From NCBI GenBank assembly GCA_965240325.2, contig OZ251223.1, positions 3,658,001 through 3,722,000 on the forward strand: 64,000 nucleotides of DNA, read 5' to 3'. The translations under genes were made by a program, and so were the position numbers. The notes beneath the pieces are model-generated. The model searched no databases, had not been told where the DNA came from, and saw nothing but the letters and a program-made list of their open reading frames with translations. Source of the stretch: Rebecca billardiae RCC1528 (lineage: Eukaryota > Protista > Haptophyta). This document shows positions 34,939-47,842 of this stretch, in pieces; positions within the stretch are counted from its first letter, which is position 1; the number at the start of each line of letters is the position of its first letter.

Positions 34939-35985
34939 ATGGCGCAGCAGCTCGAGCTTGCGCGGCCTGATGACTTCCACATGCACCTGCGCGACGGCGA
35001 GGACGTGCTCCGCTGCATGGTGCCCGCCGCGGCGCGGCAGTTCCGCCGCGCGATCTGCATGCCCAACCTCAAGCCGCCGGTGACGACGACCGCGATGGCG
35101 CTCGCGTACCGCGAGCGCATCCTCGCGGCGCTGCCCGCGGAGCAGCGCGGGACGTTCGAGCCGATGATGACGCTGTACCTGACGGAGCAGACGCCTCCCG
35201 AGGAGATCAAGCTCGCTGCTGAGAGCGGTGTTCGCGCAGTCAAGCTCTACCCCGCGGGCGCGACCACCAACTCGGCCAGCGGCGTGCGCGACGTCTCCAA
35301 GCTGACGGCGACGCTGCAGGCGATGGCCACGCACGGGATGCCGCTGCTCGTGCACGGCGAGATGCCCGAGGACGACGTGGACATCTTCGACCGCGAGCGC
35401 GAGTTCATCGAGCGCGTCATGCCGCAGGTGCTCGACGCCGCGCCGGGGCTCAAGGTCGTGCTCGAGCACATCACGACCTCGGAGGCCGTCAAGTTTGTCC
35501 TCGGCGCGCCCGACAACGTGGCCGCGACCGTGACGGCGCACCACCTGCTGATCAACCGGAACGCGCTGCTCGCCGGGCGGCTCAACCCGCACCACTACTG
35601 CATGCCCATCGTGAAGCGCGAGGCGCACCGCCGCGCGCTGCTGGACGCGGTCACCAGCGGCTCCCCCAAGTTCTTCCTCGGGACGGACTCGGCGCCGCAT
35701 CCGAAGGGCGACAAGCTCTCCGCCTGCGGGTGCGCGGGCGTGTACACGGCGCACGCCGCGCTCGAGCTGTACGCCGAGGCCTTCGAGCAGGCGGGCGCGC
35801 TGCACCACCTCGAGGCATTCGCCTCGCGCAACGGCGCCGCGTTCTACGGCCTCGAGCCCAACGCCGAGCGCGTGCGCCTCGTGCGCGAGGAGGTGGCCGT
35901 GCCGGAGGAGCTGCCGTTCGGGGGCACCGTCGTCGTCCCTTTCCGCGCCGGGGCGACCGTGCACTGGCGCCTCGAGAAGGCGTGA
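34939..35985 (+). CDS. pyrC: Dihydroorotase, homodimeric (E. coli PyrC-like) type
   Basis: PDDFHMHLRDG, MPNL.PP, KLYPAGATTNS, LLVHGE, EHITT and FFLGTDSAPH. Confidence 0.96.
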   Translation: MAQQLELARPDDFHMHLRDGEDVLRCMVPAAARQFRRAICMPNLKPPVTTTAMALAYRERILAALPAEQRGTFEPMMTLYLTEQTPPEEIKLAAESGVRAVKLYPAGATTNSASGVRDVSKLTATLQAMATHGMPLLVHGEMPEDDVDIFDREREFIERVMPQVLDAAPGLKVVLEHITTSEAVKFVLGAPDNVAATVTAHHLLINRNALLAGRLNPHHYCMPIVKREAHRRALLDAVTSGSPKFFLGTDSAPHPKGDKLSACGCAGVYTAHAALELYAEAFEQAGALHHLEAFASRNGAAFYGLEPNAERVRLVREEVAVPEELPFGGTVVVPFRAGATVHWRLEKA

Positions 35986-36793
35986 GGCGGCGATGGCGGC
36001 TGCGTCAGCTCATGCCCCGTGGGCGTGTCGCACGCTCGAGGAGGCGAGACGTCGCCAATTCCAATCACCGCCGAGCGTGACGTCGTGGCCAGCCCACAGC
36101 TTCGAGATCGTCTCCGGGGGGCTCCCCGCGGCCCAGCGCGGCCCGCCACTTCTGGCAGCATCGGAATCGGGATCGAGCGACCAGCGCCTACGACGGGCAC
36201 GCGGTGCCTTGGCAACCGTATTCGTCTCGCCTCTGGTCCGGGTCGGGTGCGGCTGCCCCTTGCTATCACGCTCGCTCGCCTACGGTCGCCTACCCTTAGA
36301 GAGAATAGAGGCTGACTCTGAGCCACCGCAGCGCCCCGCACCTCAGTCACAGTGTCTGCTAAGTGCTCAGTCGGTCGCCCCGTCGGCCCCGCTTGAGGCC
36401 CGCTTCGGCGCTTCGGACGGCGACGGTTCAGACGTACTCTAGAGTCTAGTGCGACTACGGCCGGCCGTGGGCGTGGCTGGTCCTGCACCAGGTCAGTGCA
36501 CCACGGACGCAAAGCCAAACTCTCCAAACGGGCTAGAGGAGCTTCGCCTCAGTCTGCAGCCAAGCCGTTGCACGGCACCCTCCGCCTCCGGCCGGCACGG
36601 CGGTGGGTGCCGTGTAACGAGACTGAGCTTCGCCTTCGGGTCGGAGCAGTGTTCTGTGTTTCACCAGCCAGGAGCTCGCGCAACGCTTGTCCGGCAGAAA
36701 ACTAGAAAAGCCGCCACTTCGCGGATGTTTCGGTCTCCGCTCTATTTGTGCGGGTACTACTACACTTACTAATGATTCTACTAGTAGTATTAG

Positions 36794-37755
<962 letters not shown>

Positions 37756-38293
37756 GCCCACAGCATCACGGCAGTCTCAGCCGACCTGCCGACTCGCCTC
37801 CCTGTTTCGGAAAGCTGCTGAGACGTACTCACCAGACGGTGCCGGCACGGAAGCGGCGACCCGGGGGCCGTCCTGCTCGTGCTAGTGCCTGCGGCTTTCA
37901 GCGTTCTGCGTCGTGTATGCTGTCACACGGAACGCGGACGCTCGGTCGACAGGTCACCCGCTGCTGGCAGCGCGGCTCGGGCGCGGCTGCCAGTCGGGCC
38001 CGCGCGGGGCCCGCGAACGAACCGGCGAACCGGTCAGGCCGCGGGGCACTCGGGCCACAGCCGCCTGACCGCAGGGCGACACGGCCACGGGCCGCAGCGG
38101 CCTTCGCGACTTGCGGACCGGGAGTGTGACAGGACGTCTCCGGTACTCGGCGTAGTCGTTATCGTACGACAGACTCGGTTATTAATTAACTGGGCGTCGT
38201 TGTATTTGCTCGAGTATAGCGCGGCGGCAGTCATTCAGTCAACTACTGGTACTGTTAGTACTACTGTAACCGTAGTGGACGGCAGCCAATACC

Positions 38294-40092
38294 TAGGGGG
38301 TCCAAGCCGCGGAATTTAAAATCGAAAATCGACTGACCGATTTCGCGCTGAGCATTTCCGAACATTTTGGCCTCGAATTGCGGCAAGCACGGCCGCGGCC
38401 GTTCAGAGCACGGTCGAGCCCGAGATCGGGCGAGCAGCACGCCTGGGCGGTGGACTTCATCGTCGCGTCGGCGCGGCGGAGCGCGCTCTGGCGTCAGAGG
38501 CGCGCGGGCGGGCGAGTCAGGGTAGCCACCATGGCAGCGTTCGGCCAAATGATCGCTGGCAGCTCGCTCTCACCGGACATCTTGAACCTCACAGCCCCGC
38601 TCTGCGCGCCGTTCGAACTCTCATCCGGATGAGCGCGGACAACGCAGCCCCGGTTCCAGGTGAACCGTGCACGCTGCGCCCTGGTTCCCTACTGGTTCCA
38701 TCAGTTCATGAGGAGAATGAGTCAGCCCCCGACGCTTGGCCCGGTGCGTGCAGTGCTCACCTCCCCACGCGCTGCGCATGCACTCGCGTGATCGCTGGCT
38801 GCTCGTGCGCAAACGGGAGCGCGCGGCAGTCGTGGGTGGTAAGCAAGCTCGGCGACCCTGTGTACGTGCGGGGCCTGTCTTCCAGCCCACAGTAGTACCG
38901 CCAGAAGCTCCAGCTGGCACGCGTCGGCTTGTTTGTTGTGCCACTTGGCGTGCCGCTTGGCTGCATGCAGCAGCCGAGCTGCCCTGAGGCGAAGAGCGTG
39001 CACCTTGTCACGAACGTCAAGCTTGCTGCGGAGCAGACGCGCGCCGCAAAGCTCCGCTATGGCCGCTGCCACACCTGTACACCGTGTCTTCGTCTCGGGA
39101 GTGCCGGCGCCACTGTTGGCGGCCGTCTTGGAGCAGCGCGCGGACTGCATGGTGCTCGGGGCAGGCGTGCGCGCTGGGCGCGGCAGCTGAGGTAGAGAGC
39201 TCAACGCTCGCCACCGAGCAGCTCGCCGAGTCAGGGGTAACCTGGAGCAGCCTCGACTACAAGCGCTGTAGCCGCAGCAGAGGTGGACCGGTGGCGGCCT
39301 CGCGTGGGCTGGTGTACGACGAACGGCGACGGTGCCGGTGACACCTGAGACCGGGCAAGGAAGCCGCCACACATGGCGAGCTATCTGCGCACGCCAGCCT
39401 CGACGGCGGAGAGGCCTCTCATACGGGGATGGTGGCATGTTCAGTGGCGGAGTTGGCCGTGTGCCGCAGCACGTGCAGCCCGCCACCGGCATCAGGCCCG
39501 CGTTCGCGGGCCGGCGCTCACTGATGTGAGTCCAGTGGCAGCATGAGCCGTCTCGGCGCCGCCGTATTCCGTATTCGGATGACCCAGCAAATAGTGAGCA
39601 AGGTACCCATGTATAGGCACGTACTTGAATACATATTATAAAAGTAACCACATTTATACAAAGTGGGTAAACATGCTCTTATATGCGGGTACATTTATAT
39701 AATAAAATGGGTAATGTACTCGATCTTGGAGTAGTTTTTCATGGACGTCTACGCGCACAGCATAGTGCCCCACTTTTTCGGTATTTTCACCATAAAATCC
39801 TTCGGATAGGGGGCAGCGCTTGTCAATAAGTAAGTCCGACCGCGTATCGTCATCTAGCTGCAATGACAAGTAGGTAACATTCGGCTGAATCTCTATGTGA
39901 CACAGCGGGCGCCGCTGAGCGCGCGCACGACCGCGCGACGACACGCGGAGTCGGTTTTTAGTGCTTCTGACGGCTGGGCTGGGCTGTGGGACATATTTGA
40001 GGGGGACTCCGCAAGCGCCACGCTCAGCAGACGCCTACATGGCATGGTTGTCATATATCACAAATCAGTGGGCTGCTGGCTTGGACCCCCTA
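38294..40092. mobile_element. Non-autonomous TIR DNA transposon (15-bp TIR, 7-bp TSD), hAT/P-like
   Basis: TAGGGGGTCCAAGCC (38294-38308) is the inverse of GGCTTGGACCCCCTA (40078-40092). CAATACC lies on both flanks (38287-38293 and 40093-40099). No intact ORF inside. Confidence 0.85.
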
Positions 40093-40584
40093 CAATACCG
40101 AGCCACCGTTCCACTTCCACCACTACGCGAGATGATCATCAGCGCGGAGAGTGCCGAGTTACAACTAGACTCGGCGCGAGATGACAGTCAGCCTCAGGCG
40201 GTCCGCAGGTGACAGGGAGAGGGACTGCGACGGGTGCTGGTCGGAGTCATCTCATCAGACTCAGTCCGGCGACGGGCCCGCGACCGCTGCGCGTGACAGT
40301 GAGCGTGACGCGGCGTATGCGTCAGTGACTACTCACTCGGAGTCTCGGACCCGGTTTGTCAGGCGGAACGCGCGGTTCCGACCGACGGTTGGCAGAGACT
40401 GAGCCGAGGCGCCTCGGGCCGGCCCTCGGGCGCCGCGACCTTAAATCGTCCCTACTATGATGATCGATATGGTCTAACATTGGCGGGCGCCGAGCACCAT
40501 CATGTCCGTGTCAGTGTGCCCGGACCCGCCGGCCGGCCGGCGACCGCGTGCCCGCCGCGCGTGAGTGACGTCCGCGCACGTACG

Positions 40585-40774
<190 letters not shown>

Positions 40775-41165
40775 TCCGGGCCACGGGCACGGGCCACGGC
40801 CGCACGCCGGCACGGGCCGGCACGGCGCGGCTGCCGGGGTTATCACCAGGGACGTAGTATCTGTCTGTATCAGTGTATGTGCCACCAGCAGACCGGGTGA
40901 GACCGTACCGGATCGAGTCGGTCACCGGCTTGTACATGAGGCCCATCACGAGTAGTGGCGTCGTCGACGTCCGGTCATCTCGTCGTTTGGCGCCGACTGG
41001 TGCCAGTCACAGCAGCCTGTCGAGTGTCGCGGAGCTTCCTCGCCCTAGGCCCAGCGCTGGCAACGCCAGCAGTGAGCAAGGAGCGACTGCATGACGACAC
41101 AACTGAACGTTGCCCACCGGGACTCTTCGTCTCAAAATCTTCTGCTCTCCCGATGATTTCGGCCA

Positions 41166-42062
41166 TCAGCGCGTAATCGAGCGCGGCGGCAAGTGACCCG
41201 CGTCTCCAAAAGAGCGCAACGAGACCCGGCCGTTCGGCTGGATGACAAGCGACGTGATCGAGCAGTGCGCAAGCGACATGCGCAGCCACGCCTCGGGCGG
41301 CAGCTGCAGCGCGCGGCAAACAAAGTAGCGGATGACGTTTGCGTGGCACACGACCACGATTGTTTCGTCCTCCGCGACAGTCTCCGAGGCTCGGCGCACG
41401 AGGGCACGGAAGCCACGCTCGATGCGCGGCCCATCCGCCTCTAGCTGCTCCGCCGACCACTTGCGCGCCGAGCGCGACGGCTCAGGGACGCACGGCCGTC
41501 CCTCAGCGAGCTCAGGCATGCATGTGTGCTCGTGCCCTCGCAGATGCGTGCCGATCGCCTCGGTCGTCTGGACCGCGCGTGGCATGTCACTGTGGATGAT
41601 CTTGGAGACGGCGAAGGGCGTCTCCGCGCTGAGCCGCGCAAGCCGCTCGCCGACCTGCCTTGCCTGCTCGTGGCCGAGCTCGGTGAGTGTCCCCTTGTCA
41701 GCATCGGCGAGGTGGTACTGGCCGTGGCGCACGAGCAGCAGAGTGCGGCGTGACGTCGGGCGGGTGTCGTGGCGGCCGTCCCAGTTAGGCTCCCACGCGT
41801 TGCAGCGGCGGTACGCCATGTCCAAGCCCGTCGTCCCCTTCGCCACAGTCGGCGATCCTTCTGTGTTGAGCACCATGCGAGAGCCGGTCGACGAGCGCGC
41901 CACAGTCACATCACCACGGGCCCACAGCACCTGCGACAGCCCTCGGCCATCGGTGGCGCTCGGCTCCGCATCGCAATGTGCGTACAACGAAGCGCGGGCG
42001 TGACCGGCCGCCACTGCCACCGCCGCGGCGCACGACGCTCGCCTCGCCGTGATGGACCACAT
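41166..42062 (-). CDS. PGAM5: PGAM5-like histidine phosphatase
   Basis: WEPNWD (WDxNWD motif), LLLVRHGQY, LTELGHEQA and VCHANVIRYFVCRALQLPPEAWLRMSL. Confidence 0.92.
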   Translation of the reverse strand: MWSITARRASCAAAVAVAAGHARASLYAHCDAEPSATDGRGLSQVLWARGDVTVARSSTGSRMVLNTEGSPTVAKGTTGLDMAYRRCNAWEPNWDGRHDTRPTSRRTLLLVRHGQYHLADADKGTLTELGHEQARQVGERLARLSAETPFAVSKIIHSDMPRAVQTTEAIGTHLRGHEHTCMPELAEGRPCVPEPSRSARKWSAEQLEADGPRIERGFRALVRRASETVAEDETIVVVCHANVIRYFVCRALQLPPEAWLRMSLAHCSITSLVIQPNGRVSLRSFGDAGHLPPRSITR

Positions 42063-42716
42063 CCGTCCCCGCGATGACGCCTGCGCAAACAACCGGTGTT
42101 CTGATCGATCGTCGGCTCGTCGCTGTAATTCTGACCCCTGAAATGAAAACGCGAGCAGACTCCGGGTGAACCTCCGGACGTGGCAAAGATGCTCCCCAAG
42201 GGGCTCACTGGACTTTGGCGGAGGGGGGGGCGGGTGCACCGAAGCCGGAGCCACGTGCGCAGCCACTGGCAGTGTCACTTTCGTCAGCCTCGTCTCAGAT
42301 GTCGGTCGGCGTCGTGCCGACGTTGTTGGACTTGAAGCGCGCGGGGGCCCGCGTTGACGTGTTGTCGCCCGTTGGGCCGTCACGTCCGATTGTTGTGAGC
42401 AGGTTGGCCTACAGCTTGGTTGCTGCGCGAGATCCGCTGCGTGTGCAGTAGGACCGATCGTACGTATGTGCGGCAGGCGCCCAGGGAGATCAGGCAGGCT
42501 GCAGCGGGCATGTCGCCCTGCTTTCTGCAGCCGCCATCATGGAGGGCCTTCGTGCGGAGGCCGATGCTCCAGGCGTGAGCGCACGGCGGCGAGGTGCTCT
42601 CGCGCGCCGTGGTCCGTAGCCTGGGCAGCGGCCTGCGCACAAGGGCACGGCCTGGGGACGCCTGCCGCATCAGATGAGTCGCGTCTCGCGGCTGCCGGGG
42701 AGGCAGCCGCTTACTG

Positions 42717-43055
42717 TCAGCATGGGGGTTTGCCATTGCCGCAGGTGGCTGTGGGCGGCGGTGGCATCGTGCCTCCGCGCGAATCGGAGGCGAATTTGAC
42801 GCTCGCGCCCAGCGGTTGCGCAAGTCCCATCATGCCACCATTCCCCCCAGCTGTGAGCATGCCAAGCATGCGGTGCTGCTGCGCATCCAGCTTGGGCAGA
42901 GCGCTGAGGGCGGTCGGAGCAGCAGATGCCCCGCTGCCCTTGGGCGCTGCTTCCGAGCTGGGCGAGTCGGTGAGCCACCGCGAGAAGCTGCGATAGGCGA
43001 CCACAGCGACACACGCCGTCGCGCCCAGTCCTAAAGCGGCGTTCTGCAGGAGCAT
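42717..43055 (-). CDS. Small hypothetical protein with N-terminal TM segment (3' end uncertain)
   Basis: ATG at 43055 followed by a hydrophobic anchor (AALGLGATACVAVVAYR). Divergent from PCYT2. Confidence 0.35.
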   Translation of the reverse strand: MLLQNAALGLGATACVAVVAYRSFSRWLTDSPSSEAAPKGSGASAAPTALSALPKLDAQQHRMLGMLTAGGNGGMMGLAQPLGASVKFASDSRGGTMPPPPTATCGNGKPPC

Positions 43056-43170
43056 CACGATCCCAGCACGCCGACGCAAGGGGGCGGTGCACCACCTCGA
43101 CCACCTCCTCGCGAGCGGGCAGGGGTCCAACAGGATGCTGCGCGATGCAGGACTCCAGCTCACCGCAGCC

Positions 43171-44562
43171 ATGCTGATCGGCCGCGGCGTCGTCGCGGCG
43201 GCGGCAGCTGCTTGCGTCGTGGCCGCAATCGCGCGAAGGCGATGGCGACGGCGGTCAGCCAGCGCGCAGCAGCCCCGACGCGAGGTGCGTGTGTGGATGG
43301 ACGGCGCATTCGACCTGACGCACTTTGGCCACGCCAACGCCTTTCGGCAGGCGCGCGCCTGCGGCACGCACCTCGTCGTCGGCGTGAACGACAGCGCGTC
43401 CATCACCAAGTGCAAGGGCGCACCGCTGATGAGCGACGCCGAGCGGCTCGCCGCCGTCCGCGGCTGCCGCTTCGTCGACGAGGTCGTCGAGGCCGTCCCG
43501 TACGTCATGGACGACGAGTACGTGCGACACATCGTGGAAGCGCATCGCATCGACCTGATCGTGCATGGAGACGACCCGTGCGTTGTGGACGGGCGCGACG
43601 TGTACGAAGCGGCGCAGCGGCTTGGCAAGTACCGCACGATCCCGCGCACCGAGGGCATCTCGACCACCGAGATCATCGGCCGCGTGCTCGGCGCCTCGAG
43701 CACGAGCGGCGCGCAGCCGCAGCCGCAGCAGCAGCCCAAGCACAACGGCTCGCCGCCGCCGAAGCCATCGGCGGCCGCGGCGGAGGCCGCGGCGGACGCG
43801 GCTCGGCGCTCGCACTTCTGGATGACGACGAGCGCCCTGCAGCTCTTCGCTGGCACCGCCCCACCCGCCCGCGGCCCGCAGCCGCAGCTCGCCTCGGCCT
43901 CGAGCCCGTGTGCTGCGGCGGCGGCCACGAGCCCGGAGGGCGCGGCCGCGGCCGCGGCACACGGCAGCGTTCGGGTCGTGTACGTCGACGGCAGCTTCGA
44001 CATGTTCCATGCGGGCCACGTGTCCGTGCTGCGCCAGGCGCGCGCTCTGGGCGATCGCCTGCTCGTCGGCGTGCACGCCGACGCGACCGTGCGCGCGCTC
44101 CACGGCCCCGCGCGGCCGATCATGTGCCGCGACGAGCGCGTGCTCTCAGTGCTCGCGTGCGGCGCGGTCGACGACGTGCTGCTCGACCCTCCGTGGCAGA
44201 TCGACCGGGAGATGATCACGGCCCTCGGGCTCGCCGTGGTGGTGCGCCCGCTCGTTGAGGATGAGTTCAACACCGCCGGCCCAGCTGCGGGCGCGCGCCC
44301 AGGCAGCGGCACGGCGCACGCACCGCCGCCGCTGCCAGCCGATGTGGACGAGCGGTACGTGGTCGCGCGCGCGCTTGACGTCTACACGGAGCTGCGGCCC
44401 GAGCCCGGGCTGCGCGAGCTCGGCGCGTCGCGCGTCGTGGGTCGCATCCGCGAGCGGCAGCCGCAGATGGCAAGCCGCTACGCGGCAAAAGCGGCTGCCG
44501 AGCGCGCGCATGCTGAGGCGCGCATGAGGCAGCGTGACGAGACACGACTGTCGGCGTCATGA
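43171..44562 (+). CDS. PCYT2: Ethanolamine-phosphate cytidylyltransferase
   Basis: Two cytidylyltransferase domains (DGAFDLTHFGHANA and DGSFDMFHAGH), RTEGISTT, and an N-terminal TM segment. Confidence 0.9.
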   Translation: MLIGRGVVAAAAAACVVAAIARRRWRRRSASAQQPRREVRVWMDGAFDLTHFGHANAFRQARACGTHLVVGVNDSASITKCKGAPLMSDAERLAAVRGCRFVDEVVEAVPYVMDDEYVRHIVEAHRIDLIVHGDDPCVVDGRDVYEAAQRLGKYRTIPRTEGISTTEIIGRVLGASSTSGAQPQPQQQPKHNGSPPPKPSAAAAEAAADAARRSHFWMTTSALQLFAGTAPPARGPQPQLASASSPCAAAAATSPEGAAAAAAHGSVRVVYVDGSFDMFHAGHVSVLRQARALGDRLLVGVHADATVRALHGPARPIMCRDERVLSVLACGAVDDVLLDPPWQIDREMITALGLAVVVRPLVEDEFNTAGPAAGARPGSGTAHAPPPLPADVDERYVVARALDVYTELRPEPGLRELGASRVVGRIRERQPQMASRYAAKAAAERAHAEARMRQRDETRLSAS

Positions 44563-45019
44563 GACCTCAGGGGCGCCGGCACGTGAGGTCGACCGTCAGT
44601 GCGGCACTCGCCGCATGAATTCCGAGGCCGCGGTCGCTGGTCGGCCAACCTGCCTGGCCTGCGGTGCCGCGCGGAGCCTGGGCCGTCCGCATTCGCGGGT
44701 TCGTTGTGCCATGCATACTTGGTCGGAGCCCGAGTCGTGCGTCAGCTTTCTTGTCGCTTGACATGCCCGTTGCAGGCGCTGCTGTGGACCGTACGTAGAC
44801 CTATGTACTGCGTAGTAGTAGTACTGTAGTAGTACTACTACATACTAAGACAGCCGACCGTGTGACTGGCGCCGGCGGGTGCCGCGTGGGTAAAAGTAGA
44901 TCTATTTTTACCCACGCGGCACCCGTGCCGCCGTGCGTCGCGCTGCGGCGCGCGGTGCTCGCCCAGCGCGGAGCCGCTAACCCCCAGCTCGACCGCTACG
45001 GGCAAGCGGGGGTGCGGCC

Positions 45020-46007
45020 ATGTCGGGCCGCGGCAGCGGAGGGAGCGGATGGGCGGATGACGAGGTCGCCGAGGCGTTGGTGGAGCAGCCAGCCGTGGAG
45101 ACGATCTTCGCCGCGTTCGCCGTGGGCATGTGGCTTGTCATCGCCGCCCTGTGCCGCCGCCAGACACGCCGGCTGCTCGGCGCCGGCGCAGCCTACCACT
45201 CGCCTACGTGCGCGGCGGCCGGCCCGTCCAGCCCGTCCGCCGGGCCTATGGAGGCGACCTGGCTGCGTGCGGACAACTGGGGCGAGCAGCTGCACCCGGG
45301 CACACCGGCGAGCAGGTCACAGGCCTCGCTCACGGCCGAGCGCGTGCGAATCGCGTGGCGGTACCTGCCGGTGTACGCGCTGGGGACGCTGGGTGACTGG
45401 ATGCAGGGTGGGCACCTGTACGCGCTGTACCACGCGCACGGGTACTCCATCACCGGGATCGCGCACATCTTCGCCGTCGGCTACTCCTCGGCCGCGCTGC
45501 TCGGCACCTACGCCGCCGCGTTTGGCGACCGCGTGGGGTACAGGCGGTGCGTGGTCGTGTACGGCGCGTGCTACTCGCTCGTGTGCGTGTCGATGAACTA
45601 CAGCTCACTCGGCGTGCTGCTGCTCGGGCGCGTGTGCGGCGGCGTGGCCTACTCGCTCCTGTACGTCTCGTTCGAGTCGTGGCTCGTCGCCGAGTGCCAC
45701 GCGCGCTCGCTGCCAGACGATCAGCTCGGCGAGCTCTTCGCGGTCGCGACGACGACCAACGCGGCCTGTGCGGTGCTGGGCGGCGGGCTCGCGCACGTGG
45801 CGCTCGAGGTGCACCGGCTGCGCCGCGTGAGGCACGGCGTGCCCGACGACGTGGGAACCGTCGGCGCGTACGCCGCCCCCTTCAACGCCGCCATCGTGCC
45901 GCTGCTCGGCTGCTCCCTGCTCGCCGCCCTGCTGTGGGACGAGCGGTACGCGCGCGAGCTCTCCGCGCAGGACAAGGACAAGTGGTCGGACGATGGCGAC
46001 GACGCGG

Positions 46008-46051
<44 letters not shown>

Positions 46052-46954
46052 GCGGGCGGCGGCGGCGCGGGCGGCAGCGTCGCGAGCATCAACGGGGTGG
46101 CGGGGGGCGGCGGCGCGAGCGGCGGCGGCGGCGGCGGCGATGGCGGCCGGAGCGGCGGAGCGGCGCCGGCCGCCCCGACCCTCTCGACCACGGGCGCGCT
46201 GCTGCGCTCATTGCGCCGGCTGCGCGGCGAGCCCGTGCTGTGCCACGTGGGCCTGCTCTCCTCGCTGTACGAGGCGACGCTCTACGCCTTCGTCTTCCTC
46301 TGGACCCCCGCGCTCGAGGCGCGCGCGCAGCTGAGCGGCGCCGCTGAGATCCCGCACGGCAAGGTGTTCGCGCTGCTGATGCTCTTCAAGGCGGTGGGCT
46401 CGCGCCTCTTCGCCGCCGGGCTCGAGCTGCAGTCGGCGGGCGCGAGCCGGCCGGCTGGCGCGGCGGCGCGGGCCATGGCGGCCGAGCGGCAGCGCCGCTT
46501 CGCCGTGCGCGCGCTGCAGTTCACCTTTGGCGCGTCGGCGCTCACGCTCGCACTGCCGGTGCTGAGCAGCTCGTACGCGGTCGTGCTGGGCGGCTTCTGC
46601 GGCTTCGAGCTGCTGCTCGGCTTCTACTGGCCCGCGGTGGCGATCCTGCGCACGGAGTACGTGGTCGAGGGGCGCTCGTCGATGATGAGCGTCTTCCGCG
46701 TGCTGCTCAACCTGTGCGTGATCGCCGTGCTCGAGCTGAGCGGGCTGCTCAGCGAGAGCGCCATGTTTGGCGTCGCGGCGTGCATGCTGCTGCTCGCGCT
46801 CCACTCGACGTGGCGCGTGCAATCGGCGGGCGGGAGGCGGCGCGCGAGCGTCGACGTCGCGCGCGGCCGCGAAGGCGCGCCGCTGCTCGGCGGTCGCAGC
46901 GCGAAGGGCGGCGGTGTCGATGAGCGACGCCTGTCGGCGTCAGACGAGCTGTGA
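45020..46954 (+). CDS. MFSD5: MFS molybdate-anion transporter (MOT2/MFSD5 family)
   Basis: YLPVY.L...GDWMQG.HLY.LY, SFESWLVAE, LYEA.LY.FVFLWTP and MSVFRV.LN. Poly-Gly central loop. Confidence 0.88.
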
Positions 46955-47842
46955 GCGTCAGCGCTGCTGCGCTGACTGGCTGGCTCAGTGACTGCTGAGC
47001 CAGTCTCAATGACGACTGCAGCACTGCGAGTGTCGCGTGGCCGGCTACAATGCATGATGCGCCGACGAAACTAGACGACTAGTGCTGTCATTATCATCAT
47101 CATCGATCACTAGAGAGAGACGGAGCAGGTACCGTAGACTGCGCGCGAGCAGACTAGCACTCTTATCAGTAGTCTTGGGACTCTTGTGAGTCTTGCCTCT
47201 TGGCGGGGCCGGCGCCGGCGCGCGGACGCTGAGGGAACCGAGTACTGTATCACAATGACCGCCGTCAGTATAACGGCCAGGGCCGCGCGCGCGCGCATCG
47301 GAGACGTGAGATGACATACAGCATATACGGGCGCGCGCATGCATATGTCTCATGTCTGACGACGACGAATAATATAATACTTAAGAGTAGTTAAGGACGA
47401 CTCTGGCTGAATAAATTTAACTATACTGCTACTCTGATAATAAAAAATAAAGACTGACGATGACGAAAAATCGGCGCGGTGGCGGGTCACAGACTCACAG
47501 ACACAGTGCTGGCACCATTGCCCGAGGCTGCCAGCGACGATTTAGCTGGCACCAGTGGCAGTGGCACCGCCCGGACGGGCGGAGTGACCGTATATATATA
47601 TATATATAGTATCATTGGAGTAATGTAGACGACGTTCACTACGGCTGCGGCCGGCACCGCAGCATGACCCGCCGAACTTGAGAGTCGGGCCGGGCTGTGA
47701 CACGCCGCCCGCCAGGCTCCGTACTCTCTCAGCCGTCGAGCCGAGCGGCGCGACTATGTTGTCCGGTTGCTGTCCGCCGTTGTCCGTGTGACTCCGTGTC
47801 GTGAAAAGTATCAGACGACTGCTCTCTGCTGCAGATACGACT

